Origin: Blastocatellia bacterium
GTDB lineage: Bacteria; Acidobacteriota; Blastocatellia; UBA7656
Length of the DNA stretch: 64,000 nt
Direction of reading: 5' to 3'
Assembly: GCA_963765495.1 (NCBI GenBank)
Contig: CAVXWP010000009.1
Span: forward strand, 544,001-608,000
This document shows, piece by piece, positions 30,930-39,843 of this stretch. Made by a program: the position numbers and the translations under genes. The notes under the pieces are model-generated. The model worked only from the letters and a program-made list of their open reading frames with translations. It had not been told where the DNA came from and ran no database searches. Each line of letters begins with the position of its first letter. The stretch's first letter is position 1.

Positions 30930-32168
30930 TTATCGGGATATATCGGGATTCAGTAATCGGTCCAATTCGGTCAGATCGGGCCGCACGCGCAAGGGCGCTT
31001 CGACAGAGCGCCGCGCCGCGTCAATATCTTTCAAACCGTTGCCTGTAAGCATCAACAGCACGCGCTCATCAGAGGCAATATTCCCGCTCTCGCACATCTT
31101 CACAAACCCGGCGAAAGAGGCCGCCGCCGCAGGCTCGACAAAGACGCCCGTTGAGCGTGCAAGCATCCCTATGCTCGCAATTATTTCATCATCGCTGACC
31201 TTGACGCCCCCGCCGCCCGAGTCGCGCATCGCTCTGACGGCTCTGGTCGCATCGCGCGGCTTGCCTACGTTTATGCTGTCGGCCAGAGTCCGGGCCGATC
31301 CCTCGCGCACTATCAAATCACCCTCCACCGCGTCAACAAGCGCAGAAGCCTTCTCGGATTGCACGCCGATCAGTTGCGGCACGCGCTCGATAAAACCCAG
31401 CCGGTGAAAATCCGAAAAGCCCTTCCACATTCCGCCAATGATGCAGCCGTCGCCTACAGGCACAAAGATTTTGTCGGGCACATTCCACGCTGTCTGCTCG
31501 CAAATTTCGAGCGCGGCTGTTTTCTTGCCTTCCGCCATGAACGGGTTGTACCCCGTGCTGCGCTGATACCAGCCATACTTGCGCCCGGCTTCGATGCACA
31601 GATCAAAAGCGTCCTCATAGCTGCCTTCGACCAGCACAACCATCGAGCCGTAGATTTGCAACTGAGCTATCTTAGCCGCCGGAGCATAAGTAGGCACGAA
31701 GATAACAGACGGCGCTCGGACGCTAGCGCACATACCGGCAAGCGCGCTCCCTGCGTTGCCCGAAGAGGCCGTTGTGATGACGCTTGCGCCCGCTTCCTGA
31801 GCCTTGACAACGGCCAGGGCGCTCGGACGATCCTTAAACGAAGCCGTTGGATTTCGCCCGTCATCTTTGATCAATAGCTGTTTTACGTTATAGCGTTCCG
31901 ACAACGGCTTTGAGTCGTAAACCGGGGTCCATCCTACGGCAAGCGGCGGCACTCTTGATGACTCTTCGACGGGAAGCAGAGGGCGGTAACGCCAGATCGT
32001 AAGATTGCGGTCACGCTCAAGCGAGGCTTTGCTCATCAGGTCGGCGATACGATCATAGTCGTAGAGTACATCGAGGTTGCCACTGCACGCGGGGCAGACG
32101 TATTCGACTTCATTCGTCGTATGCTCGCGCCCGCATTCCAGACATTTGAAACCGATTGCGTTGCTCAT
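30930..32168 (-). CDS. thrC: Threonine synthase-like PLP enzyme
   Basis: N-terminal CxxC...CxxC, NPTASFKDR, ASSGNAG, EGKKT, TGNGLKD. Confidence 0.8.
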   Translation of the reverse strand: MSNAIGFKCLECGREHTTNEVEYVCPACSGNLDVLYDYDRIADLMSKASLERDRNLTIWRYRPLLPVEESSRVPPLAVGWTPVYDSKPLSERYNVKQLLIKDDGRNPTASFKDRPSALAVVKAQEAGASVITTASSGNAGSALAGMCASVRAPSVIFVPTYAPAAKIAQLQIYGSMVVLVEGSYEDAFDLCIEAGRKYGWYQRSTGYNPFMAEGKKTAALEICEQTAWNVPDKIFVPVGDGCIIGGMWKGFSDFHRLGFIERVPQLIGVQSEKASALVDAVEGDLIVREGSARTLADSINVGKPRDATRAVRAMRDSGGGGVKVSDDEIIASIGMLARSTGVFVEPAAAASFAGFVKMCESGNIASDERVLLMLTGNGLKDIDAARRSVEAPLRVRPDLTELDRLLNPDISR

Positions 32169-32176
32169 GATGGGTA

Positions 32177-32276
32177 ATGCGCGATGCGTGATGCGCGATG
32201 CGCGATTCTCAGGGTAGCTGCCTGTTAAAGGTAACTTGCAAGCCTGCTAAATCATGAATCACGAATCACGAATCAC
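32177..32276. repeat. Inverted heptamer array, GTGATKC family
   Basis: gcgatgcgtgatgcgcgatgcgcgatt facing aatcatgaatcacgaatcacgaatcac; supplies the TGA stop of the upstream gene. Confidence 0.88.
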
Positions 32277-33316
32277 TCAATAATTTCCCAGCTACTTTGA
32301 TATTTATCCAGTTGCTGCCGGGTGTAATCGTCAATAGGGTGATCGCGTTCGGGCGACCGTACGTGTTTGGAAGTGCCGCACAGTTCGGTCGAAAAGTATC
32401 GCTGCCCCGAATCGCAGATCATCGTGACGATTCGTTTCATCTCAGGATGACGCTTCGCAAGTTTCAGGGCGGCGACGATATTTGCTCCCGAAGAGATGCC
32501 GCAGAATATACCTTCTTCTCCGGCAAGTCGGCGGGCCATCTTCAGGGCTTCATCCGAAGTGATGGTAACTATGCCGTCGAGAAGGCTCAGGTCGAGGTCA
32601 CGCGGGACAAAGCCGTCGCCAATGCCTTCGATCTTGTGTTCGCCCCACTTGCGCCGCGAAAGCAAGGGGCATTCGGCGGGCTCACCCGCGTAGAGTTTTA
32701 TGCCCGGTTTTTGCTTTCTGAGGAACCGGCCTATTCCGGTCAACTGCCCGCCCGTACCCTGCGTGGCTACGTACGCATCTAAGCGCCCCGAGGTCTGATC
32801 CCAGATTTCAGGCCCCGTAGATTTGTAATGCGCCTGAATGTTATCGGGGTTGTCGAATTGAGAAGGAACCCAATATTTCTTCGGATTTTTGCGCCGAATC
32901 TCGTCGATTCTCGCAAGCGCAAGGTCTACGTCAGACTCTCCGCCGGGAGTGTAAATCATCTCTGTGCCGTAGGCGATGTTCATCTTTTTGCGTTCCTCGC
33001 TCATGCCTTCGGGCATCACGATGATGCACGGATAGCCCTTGACGGCGGCTATAAACGAGCAGGCGATGCCGGCATTGCCGGTCGAGCATTCGAGTATCGT
33101 CATGCCCTTTTTCAACTCGCCCCGCCGCTCGGCCTTTTCAATCATATTCAGATATATGCGATCTTTGAGCGAGCCCGAGGGGCTGAAGTATTCGAGCTTG
33201 ACCAGTATCTCAGACTTTACGTCTTCGGCTACCCGGTTGAGCCGAACCAGCGGCGTATGGCCTATCACATCCAAAATCGTTTTCGCGTACTTGCGCTGGG
33301 TGTCCCATTTCAGCAT
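32273..33316 (-). CDS. PLP-dependent cysteine synthase family protein
   Basis: PSGSLKDRI, STGNAG, GTGG, HKIEGIG, GISSG. Confidence 0.85.
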   Translation of the reverse strand: MLKWDTQRKYAKTILDVIGHTPLVRLNRVAEDVKSEILVKLEYFSPSGSLKDRIYLNMIEKAERRGELKKGMTILECSTGNAGIACSFIAAVKGYPCIIVMPEGMSEERKKMNIAYGTEMIYTPGGESDVDLALARIDEIRRKNPKKYWVPSQFDNPDNIQAHYKSTGPEIWDQTSGRLDAYVATQGTGGQLTGIGRFLRKQKPGIKLYAGEPAECPLLSRRKWGEHKIEGIGDGFVPRDLDLSLLDGIVTITSDEALKMARRLAGEEGIFCGISSGANIVAALKLAKRHPEMKRIVTMICDSGQRYFSTELCGTSKHVRSPERDHPIDDYTRQQLDKYQSSWEIIE

Positions 33317-33424
33317 AGGCTTTTGTTAGACTGCGCTTCCTTTCATATATTCTCATTAGAATGCCCGATACGTGGCTACTCTATCAGAGTAGCGGATGTG
33401 AAACAATTAAGGGGTGGTTGCGTG

Positions 33425-33580
33425 CAGGGCTATTGCAAAGTCGAGCAAAAATGTAGGGGCAGCCCTTGTGGCTGCCCGAATCGCGCGTAAGCGCGATGAC
33501 AGTCATCGCCCTTCGGGCGATCCGGGCAGGGACAAGCCCTGCCCCTACCATACATGTCAAGCTACTTTGCAATAGCCCTG
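33425..33580. mobile_element. MITE, 156 bp, ISAs1-like ends
   Basis: Perfect 17-bp TIR cagggctattgcaaagt / actttgcaatagccctg; 10-bp direct repeat tggttgcgtg at 33415-33424 and 33581-33590. Confidence 0.9.
33453..33548. repeat. Inverted doublet of GTAG-type REP elements (REPIN-like) inside the MITE
   Basis: GTAG plus palindrome at 33453-33499 and, inverted, at 33503-33548. Confidence 0.85.
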
Positions 33581-33644
33581 TGGTTGCGTGACGGGCAGGA
33601 GTTCCAATATTATGCGCTCGAACTTCTTATGGAGAGGGTAGATC

Positions 33645-35351
33645 ATGTCTAAATCAATCTGGACGAGCGCGGTTTTGATGATGGCTTTGCTCACGCCGCT
33701 GTTGAATTATGGGCAATCACGGCCAAACGTTTCTAAAGAAACATTTGATGTTTTGATAAAGGGCGGAACCGTTTATGACGGCACTGGGAGCAAAGGGTTG
33801 CGCGCCGACGTAGGCATAAAGGCGGATCGCATCGCGGCTATAGGCAACCTCAGGACGGCCACGGCGAAAACCGTTATTGATGCTTCCGGGCTTGCCGTCA
33901 CACCCGGCTTTATCAATATGCTGTCGTGGTCAACTGAAACCCTGATCGTTGACGGTCGCTCGCAGGGAGAACTCAGGCAGGGCGTGACTACCCAGATATT
34001 CGGCGAAGGCGAATCGATGGGTCCGCTCAATGAAGAGATGAAGCGGCAGCTAAAGGCTCAGCAGGGCGATATAAAATACGATATAGAATGGACCACCCTG
34101 GCCGAGTATCTGACCTGGCTTGAGAAGCGCGGCGTATCGCAGAACGTTGCCTCGTTTGTCGGCGCTACAACGATTCGCGAATATGTGATCGGACTCGAAG
34201 ACAAAAAAGCTACGTCTGAACAACTCGATCAGATGCGCGAGCTTGTGCGGCGCGAGATGGAAGCCGGGGCTTTAGGCATAGGCTCGTCCTTGATCTACGC
34301 GCCCGCCTTTTACGCCTCTACCGAAGAGCTGATCGAGATGTGCAAGGTAGCTGCCCGGTACAAAGGCAAGTACATTTCTCACATGCGAAGCGAGGGAAAC
34401 CGGCTGATCGAAGCGGTTGAAGAGTTGTTGCGAATCAGCCGCGAGGCGGGACTCCCGGCAGAGATATATCATTTGAAAGCGGCGGGCCGAGAGAACTGGG
34501 GCAAGATGGATCGCGTCATCAAAATGGTCGAAGCGGCGCGGCGCAAAGGGCAAAAGATCACGGCCGACATGTACACTTACACGGCAGGGGCGACGGGGCT
34601 GGATGCGGCGATGCCGCCGTGGGCGCTCGACGGTGGATACGAGGCCCTGTTCAAACGGCTTCAAGATGCGCCCACTCGCGCGCGTATCGCAGAAGCCATG
34701 CGAACACCTACGAATGATTGGGAAAACCTCTATCTGGCGGCAGGCTCGCCGGATCGCGTCCTGCTGGTCGATTTCAAATCAGAAAAGCTGAAGCCATTGA
34801 CAGGCAAGACGCTTGCGGAGGTGGCCGAGATGCGCGGCACTGGCCCCGTAGAAACGATTATGGACCTCGTGCTTGAAGATCGCTCGCGTGTGGGGACGGT
34901 CTATTTCTTGATGTCGGAAGAGAATGTCAGAAAGCAGCTACGCCAGCCGTGGGTGTCGCTTGGTTCCGATGCTGGATCAATGGCACCGGAAGGGGTGTTT
35001 TTGAAATCGTCCACTCACCCTCGCGCCTACGGAAATTTCGCTCGATTGCTTGGGAAATATGTACGGGAAGAGAGAGTGATTTCACTTGAAGAAGCCGTGC
35101 GCCGGTTGAGCGGATTGCCCGCCACAAACCTGGGGCTGGATCATCGCGGATACTTAAAGAAAGGGATGTTTGCCGACATAGTGGTCTTCGATCCCAGGAC
35201 CATTGCGGACCGGGCGACATTTGATAATCCGCATCAGTACGCGGTCGGAGTCAAACATGTATTCGTAAACGGAACGCAGGTAATCAAAGACGGAGAGCAC
35301 ACGGGCGCAAAGCCGGGCCGGGCGCTCTGGGGACCGGGCAAGATCAGGTGA
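33645..35351 (+). CDS. Exported N-acyl-D-amino-acid deacylase family amidohydrolase
   Basis: IKGGTVYDGTG, SHMRSE, IYHLK, GSDA, HPRAYGNF, ADIVVFD. Confidence 0.9.
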   Translation: MSKSIWTSAVLMMALLTPLLNYGQSRPNVSKETFDVLIKGGTVYDGTGSKGLRADVGIKADRIAAIGNLRTATAKTVIDASGLAVTPGFINMLSWSTETLIVDGRSQGELRQGVTTQIFGEGESMGPLNEEMKRQLKAQQGDIKYDIEWTTLAEYLTWLEKRGVSQNVASFVGATTIREYVIGLEDKKATSEQLDQMRELVRREMEAGALGIGSSLIYAPAFYASTEELIEMCKVAARYKGKYISHMRSEGNRLIEAVEELLRISREAGLPAEIYHLKAAGRENWGKMDRVIKMVEAARRKGQKITADMYTYTAGATGLDAAMPPWALDGGYEALFKRLQDAPTRARIAEAMRTPTNDWENLYLAAGSPDRVLLVDFKSEKLKPLTGKTLAEVAEMRGTGPVETIMDLVLEDRSRVGTVYFLMSEENVRKQLRQPWVSLGSDAGSMAPEGVFLKSSTHPRAYGNFARLLGKYVREERVISLEEAVRRLSGLPATNLGLDHRGYLKKGMFADIVVFDPRTIADRATFDNPHQYAVGVKHVFVNGTQVIKDGEHTGAKPGRALWGPGKIR

Positions 35352-35387
35352 AAATTCAAAAAAATGAAATTTTTACGATTTTTTCTA

Positions 35388-35416
35388 TTGACATAATGTA
35401 ACTTTCATACTATTAC
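35388..35416 (+). promoter_or_regulatory. Possible sigma-70 promoter about 590 nt upstream of the oxidase operon
   Basis: TTGACA-17 nt-TATTAC preceded by an AT-rich UP-like tract. Confidence 0.45.
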
Positions 35417-36003
35417 TGAATGGACGATTTAATACATAACGCTTCTCGGTAACGATGCTCGGATATAGCAGGGCAGGCTGGTTTATAAATAGTCAGTTTG
35501 ATAGAGCATCAGAACGACCTTTCCTTGGGTAATTGGGTTCCCGCAAATTCAATAGACCGATGCAAAAAGTGGTGCCCGGGCCAGATCCAGTATTCAGTAT
35601 CTGTCTGGGTTGCAGCCCGAGCAATCTCATAGCGCCAGTAACAGAAACTGGCGGGGCGGACAGATTTATTAACCGTCACCCGTCGGCGTTAAGTGCGGAG
35701 GTCTGGGGAATTTTTGTGTTGAAGTTGAATGAAGATACACACTTTTCATAGTTTTATCTTAATTTGATGAATAGCAAAAGCGGCATCTATGGGTGCCAAC
35801 ACGGCGAGGGTTAAAGCCGGGCGTCTTTAATAAGTCGCCTGATCTGGTCTGTTTTTTCACCCGCAATTCTTGCAAGCATTCTCGCATTAAACACGTCGCC
35901 ACTTGGCGTTTCAGTACAGGTGCGATCAAACCCTAACACTATAACCACCAGTGGAGCAATTACAGGAACTTTTCAATCTCGATACTGAGAGGAGGACTCT
36001 AAT

Positions 36004-38025
36004 ATGTCGAAACCTCAAGAGAGGAAAAAGAAGGAATCTATGAAGAAGGGGGACGAGGTCAGCAGAAGAACGGTGCTGAAGATGGGAGCGGCAGCGGGGG
36101 CTGCGACCCTTTTACGCCCGATCATTTTGACATCGAAGAAGTCAAGCGTCTACGGCATGACTGGAGTCGCGGAGCCCGTATTATGCGCTCCAACTCCGGT
36201 GCCGCAGAGCCCGCCGCACACGCCGTTTGTCGACGACCTGCCGGTCCCAAATCCGGCAATTCCACAACTCCTACTCCCTCTGCCCACGAAGAACGCCAAC
36301 ATAGCCCACGGCGAGGCCGCGCGCGACCCGCACCAGCGTTGGGAGGAATTCACCCCTGCCGTAACCTATCAATTTGAGGCAAAAGCTGGAACCCATCAGT
36401 TCCACCGCGACTACCTGCCGTCATACACGTGGGGATTCAACGGCGTGTACCCGGGGCCGACGGTCCTCAATGCCTACGGCGTGCCATCGCTTGTGCGAAT
36501 CAAGAACAACCTGCCGCTTTCGACTACCAGCTTCGGCAGAAACCAGACGACCATCCACCTGCACAACGGGCATACCGCGTCGGAGAGCGATGGATTTGCG
36601 GGCGACTTCTTCGATCCCGGACTGTTCAAGGACAATCACTACGCAAACGCATATGCCGGGATTGACGCCTTCGGCGGATTTCCGAAAGGCGACCCGCGCG
36701 AAGCCATGCATACTTTCTGGTATCACGATCACAAAGCGGGTGACACGGCCAACAACAACTACCTTGGAATGAACGGGGTGTATCTGGTATACGACGATAC
36801 AGACCCGCCCTGGGAGTTCAACACGCCAGGCTCTCTCAGGCTGCCCGCCTACTACGGCGTAACCGATATTCCGCTGGTATTCCTCCGGCAAAGATTCTGC
36901 GCTACCGACCCCTCTACCGGGCGCACCGAGCGGTTCCAGGTAGTGGGTGGAGCAGCACCGGCTACCGACAAGGTGACGGTTAATGGAAAGATTCAGCCAA
37001 AACTATCCGTCAGGCGGCGTAAATACCGTTTTCGCATGGTCAACACCGGCGTGGTATTGCCCGTTGCGGTGAGCCTCGTGGGGCCGGACGGCTCGCAGAA
37101 GCGGATGACGGTCGTCGCCGCCGATGCCAATTTCCTGCATCAGCCTGCTGACGTCAGCGCCACAAGCGGGTTTCCCTCTCTCGACATCAACGTGGCGTCG
37201 CGCTTTGACGTGATCATTGACTTCAGCCAGTTCCAGGTTGGCCAGTCGGCCTATCTGAGAGAGGACACCACCACTCCGCAGTTTGTCAGTACCCCGACGC
37301 CACCTGATCCAGCGCCGGGACTGCCCATCGGAAACGTGCTTATGCGGTTCGACATTATCGGGAATGCCATCATACCCGATACGCCGCCGATACCGAATAC
37401 GCTGGTTGAACTGCCGCCGATACCGCCTGCGGCGCCAGGGGTTGATCCTTTCGAGTGGGGCTTCCGGTTTATTCCGGGTCAGGCAGATGGGAACAATTTC
37501 CGCGTCTCTCACTCGGATGTAACTGACAATGACACACAAATGACCAACAACTTTTTGCCGTTCGATCCGTTCCGTGTAGACCATGCGGTGTTGAAGGGCA
37601 CGACGGAAGAATGGATCATCAGAAACGATACGCTTGCGGGCAACTGGCTCCATCCCGTGCATATTCATCTGGAAGAGGGCCGGATACTCGAACGAACTGT
37701 GTGCAACGTTCCCAGCCAAACCGGATGCTTGCCGCAAGACCGAGTTCCTGTCGCGATGCCTCCGTGGGAGGACGGCACCAACGCGCGCAGGGATGTCTAT
37801 CCGGTGCCGGGTCAGCATAGGTTGAGAATCAGGCTGGCATTCAGGGATTTCCACGGGCGCTATCTGATCCACTGCCACAATATGAATCACGAAGACGCCT
37901 TCATGATGGTGCGCTGGGATGTGGTCGAAACCATGGCCGAATTGCGCAAGCGCCGAGAGGAAATCAATGCGGACCGCATCGCCAGGGGCTTGCCGTTGCT
38001 GTATAGAAAGGAGGATTTGGGCTAA
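36004..38025 (+). CDS. Tat-exported multicopper oxidase (bilirubin oxidase/CotA-like)
   Basis: SRRTVLK Tat motif; HLH, WYHDH, HPVHIH, HCHNMNHEDAFMM copper sites. Confidence 0.92.
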   Translation: MSKPQERKKKESMKKGDEVSRRTVLKMGAAAGAATLLRPIILTSKKSSVYGMTGVAEPVLCAPTPVPQSPPHTPFVDDLPVPNPAIPQLLLPLPTKNANIAHGEAARDPHQRWEEFTPAVTYQFEAKAGTHQFHRDYLPSYTWGFNGVYPGPTVLNAYGVPSLVRIKNNLPLSTTSFGRNQTTIHLHNGHTASESDGFAGDFFDPGLFKDNHYANAYAGIDAFGGFPKGDPREAMHTFWYHDHKAGDTANNNYLGMNGVYLVYDDTDPPWEFNTPGSLRLPAYYGVTDIPLVFLRQRFCATDPSTGRTERFQVVGGAAPATDKVTVNGKIQPKLSVRRRKYRFRMVNTGVVLPVAVSLVGPDGSQKRMTVVAADANFLHQPADVSATSGFPSLDINVASRFDVIIDFSQFQVGQSAYLREDTTTPQFVSTPTPPDPAPGLPIGNVLMRFDIIGNAIIPDTPPIPNTLVELPPIPPAAPGVDPFEWGFRFIPGQADGNNFRVSHSDVTDNDTQMTNNFLPFDPFRVDHAVLKGTTEEWIIRNDTLAGNWLHPVHIHLEEGRILERTVCNVPSQTGCLPQDRVPVAMPPWEDGTNARRDVYPVPGQHRLRIRLAFRDFHGRYLIHCHNMNHEDAFMMVRWDVVETMAELRKRREEINADRIARGLPLLYRKEDLG

Positions 38026-38705
38026 TGCAAAGAAGGAAATTTTTCACAAACCTCGCAAGCGACAAGTCGGCAAGCGCGATACCTGCGCCCGTGCAGGGCG
38101 TGCCGCACGTGGGGTCGCCGGGGCCTGCGGTCTTTACCAATGCCCTTCTGCGCACCCACGAAAACAAGGAGGTCCGCTTCTACGATGACCTGATCCGGGG
38201 CAAGCAGGTGTTGATCAACCTGATGTATGCGACCTGCGAAGGGGCCTGTCCTCTGGTCACCGCCAGAATGCGGCTAGTCTACGATGCGCTGAAAGATCGG
38301 ATGGGTAAGGACCTGTTCATGTACTCGATGACCGTCAAACCGGAAGAGGACGATCCGGCGGCGCTCAAGGAGTATGCGAAGATGCACCGGGCGCTGCTGC
38401 CGGGCTGGACTTACCTGACGGGTGATCCGTATGACCTCGAAACCATCCGTTACCGGCTTTACAACATGGGCCATATCATGGTGGATACGGACATCTATTC
38501 GCACGCATCGTTTATGCGCATCATCAACGATGCCACCAACGTCTGGCTGCACGTTGATCCCATGGCAAGCATGTCGACGGTGCTGCGGAAAATCTCGTGG
38601 GCCGATCCTCCCAAGACGCACGAGCAAATTATGGAGGCCAATCGAAAACTCCAGGAGCAGATCGACAGGGAGCGAAAAAAGTTCGGCTACCGAATGACTG
38701 ATTGA
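38025..38705 (+). CDS. SCO family copper chaperone
   Basis: CEGAC, TVKPEEDDP, GWTYLTG, distal His (YSH); TAATG overlap with the oxidase. Confidence 0.88.
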   Translation: MQRRKFFTNLASDKSASAIPAPVQGVPHVGSPGPAVFTNALLRTHENKEVRFYDDLIRGKQVLINLMYATCEGACPLVTARMRLVYDALKDRMGKDLFMYSMTVKPEEDDPAALKEYAKMHRALLPGWTYLTGDPYDLETIRYRLYNMGHIMVDTDIYSHASFMRIINDATNVWLHVDPMASMSTVLRKISWADPPKTHEQIMEANRKLQEQIDRERKKFGYRMTD

Positions 38706-38835
38706 CGAAGAACATTGAGGGCGAAAGGGCCGCGACAACCTCTCAGCCCTCAACGGTTCGTTCAATGTGGAACTAAGAATAGAAGTTGTCGAAAGGCGAC
38801 TTCTATTCTTAGCCCTTTAATTCAAGGAGATTGCC

Positions 38836-39798
38836 ATGAAACGACTTGCCATGATAGCTGGATTGATCCTTGTTGGCCTGACTCCAATCACCACGGCATT
38901 GGGTCAGAATGGTTGCGAACTCAACATCGTCGGCACCTGGAAAGCTGAGAAGTCTGACCAGGCAAACCCGATCCTTTATCGTTTCACGCCGGATGCCAGG
39001 GTGAGGGTGCTATCGAGGTCGGGGCAGAGTTCAGAATTGCGCGAAATCGCCAGCGCCGGCTATACGCTGGATAATCCCAAAGCCCCGAAGACTATCCTGG
39101 TCAAAGCCGAAAAGGGAGTTAGCGGCTTTGCAAAGGGTATCACCTCGCTCGTCATAACCGGGTACGACGACACCTCGATGACACTGGTAAAATCGAGTGC
39201 CGAGCCCGTGCGCTGGGTCAGAGTAGACCCTTATAAATACTACATCGTCCTCGCCGGGCGTATTGGAACGTTCTATGATCGCAGCGGGCCGACGTTCCCG
39301 ATGTTGATCAAGACAGACGGAAAGCAGACGCAAATAGATGCTGTGGGCACTTATGCGGACGGCAGTTATTGGGCTTTCGGCGCGGTCCCCCCGGAAACTT
39401 ATAACGAGTTTATGAAAGAATCCGGCAAAGATTCGGACGTGATGCTGCGTCTTGAAATCACGGCGGCCCAGTATGAGAGAGGTTTGAAGATCGTCAAGAC
39501 CTGGGAAAGACGCGCCAGCAACGACGAACTCTTATACTTCGACGTTTTGCTGGATAACATTTTGATGGTGAAGCAGGTAGCCGAGAGCCTCAACCAGTGC
39601 GGGGAAAGCTTCAAGTTGTACAAGCTGGATTGGAGCCTTGAGGATAACATCTCTTCGTCTTCGCCGCGCGATGACAACCCGTTTTCGCGCATCCCGTTCC
39701 TGTATTTTAAGGAACTGAAGCGACTCAATCAGTCGCTTCACGTCACGGATGCGGAGTTTTACGGACACGAGAAGATGCTGAAACAGACAGGGCAGTGA
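38836..39798 (+). CDS. Exported hypothetical protein (paralog A)
   Basis: AAGGAG RBS, signal peptide, colinear with 39844-40857. Confidence 0.8.
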   Translation: MKRLAMIAGLILVGLTPITTALGQNGCELNIVGTWKAEKSDQANPILYRFTPDARVRVLSRSGQSSELREIASAGYTLDNPKAPKTILVKAEKGVSGFAKGITSLVITGYDDTSMTLVKSSAEPVRWVRVDPYKYYIVLAGRIGTFYDRSGPTFPMLIKTDGKQTQIDAVGTYADGSYWAFGAVPPETYNEFMKESGKDSDVMLRLEITAAQYERGLKIVKTWERRASNDELLYFDVLLDNILMVKQVAESLNQCGESFKLYKLDWSLEDNISSSSPRDDNPFSRIPFLYFKELKRLNQSLHVTDAEFYGHEKMLKQTGQ

Positions 39799-39843
39799 CT
39801 CGGTCACTCCCTGCGCGCTGCCGTACGAGAAAGGAGGGCCTGA

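Noticed and set aside
33900-33935. Missing HxH metal motif (PGFINMLSW) suggesting a pseudogene
   Set aside because: The ORF is intact with the other motifs present; as far as I recall this variant is common in this deacylase subfamily.
35533-35751. 72-aa ORF in the long intergenic region
   Set aside because: TTG start, no RBS, no recognisable motif.
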